A DNA stretch of 64,000 nt from Gemmatimonadaceae bacterium (GCA_045803545.1 JBJMOW010000004.1:128001-192000), one strand, 5' to 3'. Numbered from the stretch's first letter, positions 29,598-40,522 are shown. The notes: generated by a model not told the origin, from the sequence alone. Program-made: numbers and translations.

Positions 29598-31322
29598 TTA
29601 GTTCTGTAGGAGTGGGTCAGCAGCGACGGACGAGCGTCGATTCACAGTGCGGCCGCGCCGAGAAAGATCGAAGATTCTGATGACTGGATAGCGCCCGCCT
29701 TTCTTCAGATCCTGGTCGAAAAGATTCCAGGTCGTGAAGCCGTCATCGCTCTCCGGCTCCAACAAGTAGACCGCCAATGCTCCTCTTGGCTGCGCAGTGG
29801 AGACAATGAATGACTTTGGTGCCAACGCCTGTAGACCGCGTTGCCACGATCCCTTGAGTCGCACTTCGTGGTGTCCCTGAAACGCTCGCGGCGACGTGAT
29901 TATCGTGTCGATGGTGAAGGATTCACCCCGCGCGAGCCATGCAGAGTCTGAGCGCTCTACCCGAATCCCGTGCAGGCGCAGAAGAGTGACGACCGCAGTA
30001 TCCTGCGGCGCTATCACATAGGCCGCGGGAGGCAAACGATCGAGTGTCGACGCGAATCGGTCGTACACAGGCATCCGAACCGCGCGATAACGGCTCGTCC
30101 GGCGCTCGCCTCGTGGAACTCCAGGTTGAGTGAGACTCGAGTCGCTGACCTTTTCGATGTCTTCCTTGATCACGTCGAGCGAACGAGGGCTTGCCAGCTC
30201 GGATCGCACCGCCACGACCTGCACCGAATCAGGAGATCGACCCCACGCCGACGGAAGACTATCAGCGTGTGCACTCAGAGCTCGGATCGAGCTTGCCCGT
30301 TCCGCTACCAGCGACAGGATCTCCGAGACGAACGCGTACGTAGATGCGATTCGTCGAGAGAGCGTATCGTGAGAATACGCTTCGCTGAGAATTGCGATGC
30401 GGCCACGAATGCCGAAGTAATTCGTGCCGAACCTCGGGCGGGAATCGTACGTCGCCCAACCGTCACGAATCGAGCTGTCGGCAAGGAGACCGCGCTCGTC
30501 GGACACGAAATTCCCGTAATCGAAAATCTCGAAGCCGTGCCGAGTGCGCATTCGTTGACGGAGAACCGGCAGCAACGAATCACGCGCGTATACGCCGCCG
30601 AAGATTGCGGCCGGACTCAGCGACGGAGAATAAGTAAGTGCGTATCCGTGGAAGCTGCCGTCCGTCGTGTGCAAATCGACGAATACGTCCGGATCCCAGG
30701 CGTTGAACATGGCAAGCGAAGCGCGAGTCTCCGGCGCCTCGGCTTTTACGTAATCGCGGTTGAGGTCGAGGTTTTGCGCGTTGGCCCTCGTACCCACAAG
30801 CTCAGGACCGTTCTGCTCGGTGCGGTTCACTGACTGCGACGCAAATCGCTCGTTGCCATCTGCGTTGTAAATGGGGACTGCAATCAATACGATCGAATCG
30901 AGTGCGTTGGGATTCGGCGCAGACGTCAGATCGCGAATGAGAGCGAGGAGAGCATCTTTGCCTTCGACTTCGCCCGCGTGGATGTTCCCTTGCACGTACA
31001 CGACCGGACGCCCAAGCCGCTTCGCTTCCGACGGTGACGACACTTGTGGTCGCGATGCGATGACGAACGGGATCGCCCGTCCCTCCGTAGTCTTACCAAT
31101 CGACCCGAAGGTGAGCGGTGCGCCGAGCTTGCGCAGTGAATCGAGAAACTGTCGCACATCGGCGTAGTGCGAGGTCTCGCGATATCGAGTCAGCTCGGGC
31201 CGCGTGCGCGGATAGTCAGCGGCGGTGATCGGACGCTTGACCGCTGGAGCGCACGAGATCACCAGCGTCGATGCTACGAAAACAGACACCGCGGACCGAG
31301 CGGGCCGCACCACCCAACGCAC
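29598..31322 (-). CDS. M14 family zinc carboxypeptidase, probable lipoprotein
   Basis: IHAGE, NRD and DLH zinc motifs; lipobox LVISC; GTG start overlaps the fadJ stop (track extends to 31559). Confidence 0.9.
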   Translation of the reverse strand: MRWVVRPARSAVSVFVASTLVISCAPAVKRPITAADYPRTRPELTRYRETSHYADVRQFLDSLRKLGAPLTFGSIGKTTEGRAIPFVIASRPQVSSPSEAKRLGRPVVYVQGNIHAGEVEGKDALLALIRDLTSAPNPNALDSIVLIAVPIYNADGNERFASQSVNRTEQNGPELVGTRANAQNLDLNRDYVKAEAPETRASLAMFNAWDPDVFVDLHTTDGSFHGYALTYSPSLSPAAIFGGVYARDSLLPVLRQRMRTRHGFEIFDYGNFVSDERGLLADSSIRDGWATYDSRPRFGTNYFGIRGRIAILSEAYSHDTLSRRIASTYAFVSEILSLVAERASSIRALSAHADSLPSAWGRSPDSVQVVAVRSELASPRSLDVIKEDIEKVSDSSLTQPGVPRGERRTSRYRAVRMPVYDRFASTLDRLPPAAYVIAPQDTAVVTLLRLHGIRVERSDSAWLARGESFTIDTIITSPRAFQGHHEVRLKGSWQRGLQALAPKSFIVSTAQPRGALAVYLLEPESDDGFTTWNLFDQDLKKGGRYPVIRIFDLSRRGRTVNRRSSVAADPLLQN

Positions 31323-33586
31323 TACCGTTCGCCCGGATAGAAGACTTGTCGACGACGCGCCATCTCGAGCAGTAGATCGGCCGGCTCGAAACGGCCGGGG
31401 AATCTCGCGTTCAAATCCTCGAGCCGCTGAACCACTATCTGGACGCCGAGCGTGTCCATGTAGCGGAATGGACCGCCGCGGAAGGGTGGGAATCCAATAC
31501 CGAACACCGCGCCGACATCGCCGTCGCGTGGTGACTTGATGATTCCATCGCTGAGACAACGTGCTGCCTCGTTGAGCATCGACAGGACGGTTCGCTGCTG
31601 AATCTGCGCCGCCGGCATGTCATCCGGCCGTGTAGTATCAGTCGGCGTGACCGGAGCTATCGATGTAGCGACTGGAATGCTGCCGGGCGCGAGGAATAGT
31701 GCGTAGACGGACGGATCGACGTCGCCCTTCTTCCCTTCCTTGTCGTAGGTGTAAAAGCCCTTCTGCGATTTGCGACCGTAGCGCCCGGCCGTCACTACCG
31801 ATTGAATCGAATTCGCAGGCTGCATCCGATCGGGGAACGCATCGGCCATGATTTTTCCGGCTTTCACCGCGACGTCGAGTCCGACTTCATCAATCAGAGT
31901 GATCGGCCCGACGGGGAAGCCGAAATCGACCAGCGCCTTGTCGATGAGGTCGACCGCGACGCCCTGGTCCATCAAAATCCCGGCTTCATTGATGTACGGA
32001 GAGAGAATGCGATTGACGTAGAAGCCGGGGCCATCGTTCACCACGATTACGGTCTTGCCGAGCCGCTTCCCATATGCAACCGTCGTCGCGACAACCTGCG
32101 GCTGCACCTGCGGTGTGGTGATTACCTCCAGCAACGGCATCTTGTGCACCGGCGAGAAGAAGTGCATTCCCAGCACTCGCTCCGGCCTGCGCGACGCCTG
32201 CGCAATCAAGCCGATAGGAATCGTCGACGTATTGCTCGCGAAGATCGCGTCCGGTCTGATAGCTGCCTCTGTTTCGCGCAGCACCTGATGCTTGACCGCC
32301 AGATCCTCGAACACCGCCTCGATCACGAGATCGACGTTGCCAAATCCGGAGTAGTCGACCGTGCCACCGATCAGGGCCATATAGTCGCTGTACTGAACTC
32401 TGGTGATCTGCTTCCTGGTAAGCCGTTCTTTCAGAACATCACGCACGGCTGCGTAGCCCTTGGCAACACGCGAATGATCGGCGTCCTTCAGTCTCACCAG
32501 GCTGCCGTGCTGCACCGCGATCGAGGCAATGCCGGCTCCCATGAATCCCGCACCGATAATCGCAATCTTGTCGATGGGCAGGGGCTCGAACGACGATACC
32601 GGTAGCTCTGGATACTGGAGCGGGTCGATTCCAGGATCTTTCTTCAGCTCGTTGGTCGCAAAGAACAGGAAGATCAGCTGCCGGGACACGTCGGTCATCG
32701 CCATCTCGCCGAACTTGCGAGACTCTTCGCGATAACCTTCGGCTATACCTTTTTCGTAACCCGTTGCGACGGCGTCGATCGCGGCAATCAGCGCCGGATA
32801 ATTCCCGCGCGATTTCGCCAGCGTCTGCTCGCGGGCTTTGCGCATTACGATCGCGCGACCAGCCGGATTCCCGTCCAGCAGGACGCCTTTCAGTCCCCCC
32901 GTGTGCGACTCGCTTTTTCGTCTGCCTTCAGCGACTTCCCGCGCGCGCTGGATCGAGATCGTCCGCAAAATTGACGGATGCACCAACTCGTCGATCAGTC
33001 CGAGCTGCAACGCTTTTTTCGCGCGCACGTGCTTGCCAGTCAAAATCAGATCGAGCCCGTTCGTCAGCCCGATCTTCCTCGGCAAACGCTGCGTCCCGCC
33101 GGCGCCCGGAATCAGGCCGAGTTGCACTTCAGGCACGCCGAGAATGGTTTTTGAATGATCGGTGGCGATCCGATATCGACACGCGAGCGCGGCCTCCAGC
33201 CCTCCGCCAAGGCAAGCTCCATGGATGGCGGCAATTACCGGAACGCGGAGACGCTCCAGAGAATCCAGCAGCATCTGCCCGTCACGACTCAATCGCTCGG
33301 CGTCAGTCGCGGTTTTGAGTTGGAGGAATTCCTCGATGTCGGCGCCGGCGATCCACACGTCGGGCTTGCCGCTGATCAGAACCGCACCACGGACCGTGGT
33401 GTCCTGCTCGAGCCTGCTGAGGAGAGCGATAAACTCGTCCTTCACCGCGCGACTGAGTTTGTTCACCGATTCGTTCGGCAGGTCGAAAGTGATCACGGCG
33501 ATGCCGTCAACGACTTCGACCGACAACGCCGGCTTCCAGCGCGTGCCGACCAGTCCGCCGATGGTGACTTCCGATGTCGAGCTCAT
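31322..33586 (-). CDS. fadJ: Fatty acid oxidation complex alpha subunit (enoyl-CoA hydratase / 3-hydroxyacyl-CoA dehydrogenase)
   Basis: AGADI, GGGLE and PEVQLG; GAGFMG, EAVFE, SNTS and HFFSP; GFPPFRGGP. Confidence 0.95.
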   Translation of the reverse strand: MSSTSEVTIGGLVGTRWKPALSVEVVDGIAVITFDLPNESVNKLSRAVKDEFIALLSRLEQDTTVRGAVLISGKPDVWIAGADIEEFLQLKTATDAERLSRDGQMLLDSLERLRVPVIAAIHGACLGGGLEAALACRYRIATDHSKTILGVPEVQLGLIPGAGGTQRLPRKIGLTNGLDLILTGKHVRAKKALQLGLIDELVHPSILRTISIQRAREVAEGRRKSESHTGGLKGVLLDGNPAGRAIVMRKAREQTLAKSRGNYPALIAAIDAVATGYEKGIAEGYREESRKFGEMAMTDVSRQLIFLFFATNELKKDPGIDPLQYPELPVSSFEPLPIDKIAIIGAGFMGAGIASIAVQHGSLVRLKDADHSRVAKGYAAVRDVLKERLTRKQITRVQYSDYMALIGGTVDYSGFGNVDLVIEAVFEDLAVKHQVLRETEAAIRPDAIFASNTSTIPIGLIAQASRRPERVLGMHFFSPVHKMPLLEVITTPQVQPQVVATTVAYGKRLGKTVIVVNDGPGFYVNRILSPYINEAGILMDQGVAVDLIDKALVDFGFPVGPITLIDEVGLDVAVKAGKIMADAFPDRMQPANSIQSVVTAGRYGRKSQKGFYTYDKEGKKGDVDPSVYALFLAPGSIPVATSIAPVTPTDTTRPDDMPAAQIQQRTVLSMLNEAARCLSDGIIKSPRDGDVGAVFGIGFPPFRGGPFRYMDTLGVQIVVQRLEDLNARFPGRFEPADLLLEMARRRQVFYPGER

Positions 33587-34881
33587 TCGGTTCTCTCGAC
33601 CACCATTGCGAAGCCCATTCCTCCTGCCGCGCAAACAGTCATCAGTCCAAATTGCCCGCCGCGTCGACGCAGCTCATTGAGCAGCGTCGTGGTGATGCGC
33701 GCACCGGTCGCTCCAAATGGATGACCGATGGCAATGGATCCGCCCATGACGTTGAGCTTTGCGCGATCGACTTCGCCGACGGGTTGCGTAAATCCGGCGC
33801 GCTCAGCCCAGTACTGCGATTCGAATCCCTTGAGATTGGACAACACCTGTGCAGCAAATGCCTCGTGCATCTCTACGAGATCGATGTCCTTCAGTGTCAG
33901 TCCGGCCCGCTTCAGCGCTACTGGCGCCGCCAATACGGGCGCCTGCAGCAGCTGTTCGCCCGGATCCAGCGCTGCGTAAGCATACGATCTGATGATGCCG
34001 AGTGGCGGATAGCCGAGCGATTTGGCTTTCTCCTCACTCATCAAAAGCACGCAGGCCCCACCGTCGGTCAGTGGCGATGAATTCCCTGCGGTGACGCTGC
34101 CGTACTTGCGATCGAACACCGGTTTCAGCGCGGCGAGCTGCTCATAGCTCGTGTCTTCACGAATGCCGTTGTCCGATGTGAGAACGCTGTCGAATTTTGG
34201 TGGGACATACACCGGCATTATCTCCGCCGTCAATCTGCCGTCGGCAGTTCCCGCGGCAGAGAGGCGGTGCGACCGCAGCGCGAAGTGATCCTGTTCTTCG
34301 CGCGAGATGGTGTTGAGCTTTGCCATCTTCTCCGCCGACTGACCCATTGTTTCACCAGTCGATGGCTCGGCGATCGCCGGCGTGATCGGTACCAGATCCT
34401 TCGGCCGAAGTCGCATCAGGGTCTTGATCCGCCGCGGCAGCGACTTCGCCTTGGATGCCAGCACCAGAGTTTCGGCAAAACCCTGGGAGTGGAGAATCGG
34501 AATGTTGGACAGCGACTCCGATCCGCCGGCGATGGCAACTTCCATGTGACCAAGCGCGATTTGATCGGCGGCGTCGGTGATTGCCTGATTTGCAGAAGCG
34601 CAGGCGCGACTGACGCTGAAAGCCTGCACACCCTTCGGAAACACCGGCAGCAGCGAGACCTCACGGGCGATGTTCGGCGCAAGAATCGACGGTATCACCG
34701 TGCCGAAAACGAGCCCGTTGACTTCCTGACCGTCGAGATTGGTGCGCTGCAGCAGCTCGGCGACACAAAGCTTACCCAAGTCAATTGCCGACAGCGATTT
34801 AAGGGCGGTGCCGGCTTTTGCGAACGGCGTTCGAACGCCCGCGACGATCGCCACGCGGCGCCCGTTCCCGAATGTTGCCAT
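33583..34881 (-). CDS. fadI: Acetyl-CoA C-acyltransferase (thiolase)
   Basis: SRACAS, HEAFA, GHPFGATG and CAAGG; ATGA overlap with fadJ. Confidence 0.95.
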   Translation of the reverse strand: MATFGNGRRVAIVAGVRTPFAKAGTALKSLSAIDLGKLCVAELLQRTNLDGQEVNGLVFGTVIPSILAPNIAREVSLLPVFPKGVQAFSVSRACASANQAITDAADQIALGHMEVAIAGGSESLSNIPILHSQGFAETLVLASKAKSLPRRIKTLMRLRPKDLVPITPAIAEPSTGETMGQSAEKMAKLNTISREEQDHFALRSHRLSAAGTADGRLTAEIMPVYVPPKFDSVLTSDNGIREDTSYEQLAALKPVFDRKYGSVTAGNSSPLTDGGACVLLMSEEKAKSLGYPPLGIIRSYAYAALDPGEQLLQAPVLAAPVALKRAGLTLKDIDLVEMHEAFAAQVLSNLKGFESQYWAERAGFTQPVGEVDRAKLNVMGGSIAIGHPFGATGARITTTLLNELRRRGGQFGLMTVCAAGGMGFAMVVERTE

Positions 34882-34929
34882 GGAGGGAAGTTAGACGGGC
34901 GCCAACCTTCTTTCTAGGACGTAAGCCCG

Positions 34930-36030
34930 TTACCCCGCGCTGCGTTCCTTCTCGAGCAGCCGCTTTTTACGATCGAGTCCCCATCGATATCCACCCAGGT
35001 CTCCGCTCTGGCGAATCACGCGATGACACGGTATCAACAGCGCAACGCGATTGTTGGCACATGCTGAGGCCACCGCGCGTACTGCACGCGGAGCACCGAT
35101 CGCAGCGGCGATGTCACTGTACGATCTCGTCTGGCCGAGCGGAATTTTCTGCAGCTCGCGCCAAACTTTCCACTGGAACGCGGACGCCTGGACGTCGATA
35201 GGCACCTCGTTTCCTGCGCGATCGCCTTCGAGGGCCGCAACCACAGCCTGCACCCACCCGTGCAGATCGCCTTCCGCGACACTAAGGCGTTTCCGCTCGG
35301 CGGCCGGATATTCGTTCGCCAGTGCGTCTTCGACATCTCGTTGAGTGTCGCCGATGGTGACCGAACAGACACCACGTTCGGTGGCACCGACGAGCAGCAC
35401 GCCGAGGGAGCTCTTCATCGTTACGTAGTCGATGTGCGTCCCCGCGCCACCGCGCTTGTAGGTGGCCGGAGTCATACCGAGTCGAGTCGCAGCGTCTTCG
35501 TACGCTCGACTGCTGGAACCATAGCCCGCGCCAAACAATGCTCTACTCACCGTTTCGCCTTTTCTCAACTCCGTCTTGAGCTTTTCGCTTTTTCTCGCGC
35601 GAATGTATTGCGCGGGAGTCAGTCCCACTGTTTGCTTGAACGTTCGCTGGAGGTGATACGGACTCAGGCCGGCGTGATCGCTCAGGAGCGAGAGAGTAAT
35701 GCGTTCGTCGAGGTTACCGGCATGCTCATCGATATAGTCACGCGCGCGCTGGATTGCGACGTTTCCGGTCTTCGGCCGATTGGGATGGCAGCGCAGGCAG
35801 GCACGGAAGCCGGCGCGCTCCGCCCCTTCGGGCGATGAGAAGAATGCGATATTCTCGCGGTTCGGACGACGCGACGGACACGAAGGCCGGCAGTAAATGC
35901 GAGTCGTCGTGACACCGTACAAGAAATCATCGTCTGCACCGGAATCACGGTTGAGCACGGAATTCCAGGCGGTCGCTTCGTCCATCGCTTGCCGATTCGA
36001 CACATTCAATTCTGTTGCGGTGTTTGGCAT
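34930..36030 (-). CDS. ada: Bifunctional Ada transcriptional activator / O6-methylguanine-DNA methyltransferase
   Basis: YCRPSC...RACLRC Zn domain, AraC-type HTH, PCHRV active site. Confidence 0.95.
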   Translation of the reverse strand: MPNTATELNVSNRQAMDEATAWNSVLNRDSGADDDFLYGVTTTRIYCRPSCPSRRPNRENIAFFSSPEGAERAGFRACLRCHPNRPKTGNVAIQRARDYIDEHAGNLDERITLSLLSDHAGLSPYHLQRTFKQTVGLTPAQYIRARKSEKLKTELRKGETVSRALFGAGYGSSSRAYEDAATRLGMTPATYKRGGAGTHIDYVTMKSSLGVLLVGATERGVCSVTIGDTQRDVEDALANEYPAAERKRLSVAEGDLHGWVQAVVAALEGDRAGNEVPIDVQASAFQWKVWRELQKIPLGQTRSYSDIAAAIGAPRAVRAVASACANNRVALLIPCHRVIRQSGDLGGYRWGLDRKKRLLEKERSAG

Positions 36031-36102
36031 AGTCCCCGTCTCTGAAAGAATCATAACTGCGATGAAGGATGGCCGCTCCGGAGCAATGTCGATATCCGAA
36101 TC

Positions 36103-36115
36103 TTGCTGTCAAATT
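36103..36115 (-). promoter_or_regulatory. Putative Ada box (AAT-N6-GCAA)
   Basis: - strand GAATTTGACAGCAAGATT, 72 nt upstream of the ada start. Confidence 0.65.
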
Positions 36116-36151
36116 CGGAGCTCCCCTCGTTGAATCGTCCATTCCCGGCCT

Positions 36152-37642
36152 ATGCGCGAGCTATTTGATCGAGATTTCGACGTCCTGGTGATCGGTGGTG
36201 GAATCACGGGCTGCGGCGTGGCGCGAGATGCAGCAATGCGCGGCCTCTCGGTAGCCCTTGTCGAGCGCGACGACTTCGCGAGCGGAACCTCCGGACGGTC
36301 TTCACGCTTGATTCACGGAGGAATCCGATATCTGGAACAGGCTCGATTCAAGCTGGTTCACGAATCGATTCGCGAACGACAGATCCTGCTCACCATCGCT
36401 CCGCACCTCGTGAAGCCGTTGGCTTTTACCTGGCCGATTTATCAGGGTGCGCGAATCGGGCGCCTGAAGCTGAGCGCGGGTTTGGCTCTGTACCAACTCA
36501 TGGCGCTCGGCAGATCGCATCGCCCTTCGCTCCTGGGCGTAAAGAAAACCCTGGAGCGCGAACCGTCGCTGGAGAAGAATCGTTTGAAGGGCGGCGCGGT
36601 GTACTACGACGCGGCAACCGACGACAGTCGCCTGACGGTAGCTACTGCCGTATCGGCGTCCGACAACGGCGCGGTCGTCGTCAATCACGTTAGCGCGACA
36701 CGGATACTTCGCGCATCCGATAGGGCAATCGGGGCCGAACTGAGATCACAGTACACCAAGGAAAGGGGTGACGTTCGCGCGCGAGTGGTAGTGAACGCCA
36801 CCGGCGTCTGGCAGAATGGCGGGAATGCGATCGATCACGGAGTTCGTTCGCGCGGCAGCAAAGGGGTTCATATCGCTGTGCCGAGGGAGCGGATCGGCAA
36901 TCACGACGCAGTGACGATGATTTCTTCAGTCGACGGGAGAGTAATGTTTTGTCTTCCGGCGGGCAGGCAAGCAATCATCGGAACCACGGATACCTGGACC
37001 GACGAATCACCTGAGGCTGTCCACGCATCGACCGCCGACGTCGATTACTTGCTACGGTCGGCGAATTCGTACTTCCCGGATGCGCGGCTAACGTTCGATG
37101 ACGTTGTCAGTGCGTGGGCGGGCATTCGACCGCTGGTCGCCACTCAATCGAATAATCCGACGTCAGCGTCGCGCGAGCACAGCATCGTCGCCGACGCATC
37201 CGGGGTAATCAGTGTAACTGGTGGCAAACTGACCACATATCGCGCCATGGCTGCCGAGGTAGTCGATCGCGTGCAGCAAACGCTGGGGCAGAACATGAGA
37301 CGTGCGCCAACGGACACACTTCCGCTCGAAACGGAATCCAGCGATGACGAAATTCGTCGTATCGGCCAGGGTGATCCACAATTGACCGAGCCTCTCGTCG
37401 CCGGGCTGGTCTACACCCCCGCGCATCTGGTCCATGGCGTCAAGCGACGCATGGCAAAGACGTTGAGTGATCTTCTAATCCGTCGACTGCACCTCGCGTT
37501 TGAGACACGCGACCACGGCAGGGATGTCGCTTCACCGGCGGCAGAGGTCGTGGCGCCGCTGCTAGGTTGGGACGAACGCACGAAACACGCGCGCATCAGC
37601 GAATACAACGCCGATGTCGAGCGCATGTTCGCTATCTCGTAA
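36152..37642 (+). CDS. glpD: FAD-dependent glycerol-3-phosphate dehydrogenase
   Basis: GGGITG, GTSGRSSRLIHGGIRYL, DDSRL, IGTTD, WAGIRPL and GGKLTTYR. Confidence 0.93.
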   Translation: MRELFDRDFDVLVIGGGITGCGVARDAAMRGLSVALVERDDFASGTSGRSSRLIHGGIRYLEQARFKLVHESIRERQILLTIAPHLVKPLAFTWPIYQGARIGRLKLSAGLALYQLMALGRSHRPSLLGVKKTLEREPSLEKNRLKGGAVYYDAATDDSRLTVATAVSASDNGAVVVNHVSATRILRASDRAIGAELRSQYTKERGDVRARVVVNATGVWQNGGNAIDHGVRSRGSKGVHIAVPRERIGNHDAVTMISSVDGRVMFCLPAGRQAIIGTTDTWTDESPEAVHASTADVDYLLRSANSYFPDARLTFDDVVSAWAGIRPLVATQSNNPTSASREHSIVADASGVISVTGGKLTTYRAMAAEVVDRVQQTLGQNMRRAPTDTLPLETESSDDEIRRIGQGDPQLTEPLVAGLVYTPAHLVHGVKRRMAKTLSDLLIRRLHLAFETRDHGRDVASPAAEVVAPLLGWDERTKHARISEYNADVERMFAIS

Positions 37643-38287
37643 TCAGTATTGGGGGGCGCCCTGCGAATGGGCGAGCCGCAGGAATTCATCGCGGGTCTTC
37701 GGATCTTCGCGAAACACTCCACGCAATGCCGACGTGATCGTCTTGGAGTTCTGTTTTTGCACTCCGCGCATCATCATGCACAGATGATACGCCTCGATCA
37801 CGACTCCCACCCCACTCGGGTGCAGCACATTGCATAGTCCCTCGGCGATTTCCTCGGTCAGCCGTTCCTGCACCTGAAGCCGTCTTGCAAAGACATCAAC
37901 GATACGCGGGATCTTGGACAGCCCGACGATCTTCCCATTGGGGATATAGGCGACGTGTGCTTTGCCGAAGAAAGGGAGCATGTGGTGCTCGCACATGGAG
38001 TAGAGCTCAATGTCGCGAACCATGATCATGTTGTCATGTTCTTCGTTGAAGATCCCGCTCCCGACGACCTCCTCCGCAGACGACGTGTAACCCTGGGTGA
38101 GGAATTTCATGGCTCGCGCAACGCGCGCCGGAGTTCGAACAAGCCCTTCGCGCTCGGGATCCTCGCCAATCAGCTCGAGCTCGCGATGAACGAGAGCCTC
38201 GAATTCATGTGACCAGCGGGAATCGCCAGGGCCCCTTTCGTCAGCAGATTCGTCGAGCGACTCGGCCTTATACAAACCGATTCCCAT
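37643..38287 (-). CDS. folE: GTP cyclohydrolase I
   Basis: [27 protein letters not shown] and HLCMMMRG. Confidence 0.96.
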   Translation of the reverse strand: MGIGLYKAESLDESADERGPGDSRWSHEFEALVHRELELIGEDPEREGLVRTPARVARAMKFLTQGYTSSAEEVVGSGIFNEEHDNMIMVRDIELYSMCEHHMLPFFGKAHVAYIPNGKIVGLSKIPRIVDVFARRLQVQERLTEEIAEGLCNVLHPSGVGVVIEAYHLCMMMRGVQKQNSKTITSALRGVFREDPKTRDEFLRLAHSQGAPQY

Positions 38288-39904
38288 TTATGCCTCTTGA
38301 GCTTCAACCGAGACGGGCGGCGGCGGTTGTAGCAACAGCGCTCGCGCCAGCTCCAGTTCAGTTTCAAGGTTTTGACGATCACGATTGATCGTCGCCATTG
38401 CGCGACGTTTTCCGCCTGCCAGATAGGAGACCGCGCAGTCCAGTTTTTCTACACTGCCATCCACGAGCGTGGAGTCCCAGCGCTCGACGTGTCCGGTGTA
38501 GCCGATCTGAACAGCGTCATAGTGCGCACTCCAGAAAAACGGAATGTCGTCGAAACGATCGCGATGACCGAGCATGTTGCGGGCAACAACCTGTCCTTGT
38601 CGCTCCGCGACGACCCAATGCTCGATTCTAATGCGCTGTTCGGAATAAGCATCCGGATAGCGTGCGACATCGCCGGCAGCGAAGATGCCTTTGACACTGG
38701 TCTCGAGGAACTCGCTCACGGCAATGCCGCGATCGATGGTGAGTCCGGCGTCTTCACCTACTTTGACGTTTGGGCGAACCCCAATTCCAGCAATCACGAT
38801 GTCAGCGTCGATTCTGCTAAAGTCGTCGAGCTCCACACTGCCTTCATGAATTGCGCTGACACTGTGGCCGAGGTGAAATGTGACACCTTTGTCCTCGTGC
38901 ACCTTCTTGATCAAAGTACCGAGCTCCCTGCCAAGCACCCGCTCCAGCGGCAGGGCCTCCGGAGCAACGACGTCGACTTTCAGTCCACGCGTGGTCAATG
39001 AAGCGGCGACCTCGAGCCCAATGAAGCTCGCGCCAACCACGAGTGCTTTTTGGCCAGGTTTGGCGCGCTCGATGATGGTGCGGCAGTCGCGCAGGGTACG
39101 CATGTAGAGAATTCGCTCAGCACCCTGGATCGACAGTCGTACTGGAGTTGCTCCCGTCGCAATGAGCAGGCAGCCATATCGCCGACTGGATCCATCGCTC
39201 AGTTGAATAGTGCGTGCCTTCGTGTCGACCTTGTCCACCTCGACGCCCGAAAGAATCTCAATGTGCTGCGCCTCGTAGAAATCGCGCGGATGCAGCGGTA
39301 GCCACTCCTCGGGTGCATTGCCAGCGAGAAAGTCCTTTGAGAGATTCGGTCGATCGTACGGCGCATCCGGATCCGTATCGACCATCGTTATCGGCCCGCG
39401 ATACGCCTCACGGCGTAGCATCTCGGCGCATGCGTTCCCGGCCGCTCCCGCACCGATTATGACAACTGATTCGGGGCCATTGACCGGGTTTGCCTCATAA
39501 ATCACGCGATCAGGCAAACGCGAGCCGCGCGTGGTGAGGGAGCGTTTCCTGAGCTGGCCATGATCGCGTTTGCGTAAAACACGCACGCGATTGTTTTCGA
39601 CAACGACGTCGTACGACGGCAAGTCGTTCAACGCCGGCGCATGCGAGGCGGCACCGTTGTGCAGCTCGAAACACGCGTGATGCCAGGGACAGCGCAGGGT
39701 TTCGCCAACAAGAACTCCCTGGTCGAGTGGCGCGCTATAGTGCGTGCACTTGGCGCCGACGGCGAACCAGTTTACCTGCGCGTGAACGAGCAGGACCGGC
39801 TCGCCGAAGGCGTGACCGGCCATTAGTTGGCCGGGCGCGAGACCGGAAGCATCGATGCCCGCCTCCAGATCGGGCCCGGTCAACTCATCGGAGTGTCCGC
39901 TCAC
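38288..39904 (-). CDS. Rieske [2Fe-2S] / FAD-dependent pyridine nucleotide oxidoreductase fusion (AIF-like)
   Basis: CTHY and CPWH Rieske motifs; GAGAAG, PYDRPNLSK, GASFIGLE, AGD, IEHW and PFFWS. Confidence 0.93.
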   Translation of the reverse strand: MSGHSDELTGPDLEAGIDASGLAPGQLMAGHAFGEPVLLVHAQVNWFAVGAKCTHYSAPLDQGVLVGETLRCPWHHACFELHNGAASHAPALNDLPSYDVVVENNRVRVLRKRDHGQLRKRSLTTRGSRLPDRVIYEANPVNGPESVVIIGAGAAGNACAEMLRREAYRGPITMVDTDPDAPYDRPNLSKDFLAGNAPEEWLPLHPRDFYEAQHIEILSGVEVDKVDTKARTIQLSDGSSRRYGCLLIATGATPVRLSIQGAERILYMRTLRDCRTIIERAKPGQKALVVGASFIGLEVAASLTTRGLKVDVVAPEALPLERVLGRELGTLIKKVHEDKGVTFHLGHSVSAIHEGSVELDDFSRIDADIVIAGIGVRPNVKVGEDAGLTIDRGIAVSEFLETSVKGIFAAGDVARYPDAYSEQRIRIEHWVVAERQGQVVARNMLGHRDRFDDIPFFWSAHYDAVQIGYTGHVERWDSTLVDGSVEKLDCAVSYLAGGKRRAMATINRDRQNLETELELARALLLQPPPPVSVEAQEA

Positions 39905-40437
39905 TTCAGGTTGTTGAGAAGCGCTTGCGCACGATCCCGGTGCGCGACGAAAGCAGGAGCGACCTTCGTTTCCAGGTCTTTGAGTTGCGCATTTTGAGTA
40001 GCGGGAAGGAGCGTCTTCGTCACCGCATCGATAACGGCGTCATGGAAATCTACTTCGTGTTGCAGGAACACTCGGTCGAATGCGGCACCATTCAAAGAGC
40101 GGAGCTTTGCCATCGCCGCGACGTGCGCCTTGGCCAGTGCAAAATCGCTGGGCACGGTGGGCGTCACCTTGAGCGAAGCCGCGAGGTCGCGACCCTGCTG
40201 TCTGACGGCCTTGTGATCCCGCTGCAGCATCTCGGCAAATTCATGGATGTCGTGGTTCTTCGTCTTCTTCTCGGCGAGGGCGCCGGTCTCGATGTCGTAG
40301 GTGTTCGCCGCATCAAAGATGGCGACGATAGTCGGGTCGTCGATCGCTTTGCTCTGAGCGCCGAGTGCAACGGCGACAAGTGCACCAAAGATGGCGAGTG
40401 AGCTGTAAGCAATGAGACGACGGATTGACGTGCGCAT
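39901..40437 (-). CDS. DUF4142 family exported ferritin-like protein
   Basis: Signal peptide; FAEMLQRDH, FDRVFLQHEVDFH and PAFVAH. Confidence 0.85.
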   Translation of the reverse strand: MRTSIRRLIAYSSLAIFGALVAVALGAQSKAIDDPTIVAIFDAANTYDIETGALAEKKTKNHDIHEFAEMLQRDHKAVRQQGRDLAASLKVTPTVPSDFALAKAHVAAMAKLRSLNGAAFDRVFLQHEVDFHDAVIDAVTKTLLPATQNAQLKDLETKVAPAFVAHRDRAQALLNNLK

Positions 40438-40496
40438 TCGGGTCCTCCAAAGGTTGATCTGTCAGGTGCCACGTCAACCCTATCCGAGGCCAGTTT

Positions 40497-40522
40497 ATAT
40501 GTCAAGGTTTCCTTTGACTTAT
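40497..40522. promoter_or_regulatory. Palindromic operator formed by back-to-back sigma70 -35 boxes
   Basis: ATATGTCAA-N8-TTGACTTAT; + strand TTGACT-N17-TAAAGT; - strand TTGACA-N17-TAGGGT. Confidence 0.7.

Noticed and set aside
31322..31559. Large apparent gene overlaps from ORF-track 5' extensions (M14/fadJ, TonB/SufT, NPP/LOG, PPTase)
   Set aside because: Downstream starts with 1-4 nt overlaps or SD sequences explain them without invoking dual coding.
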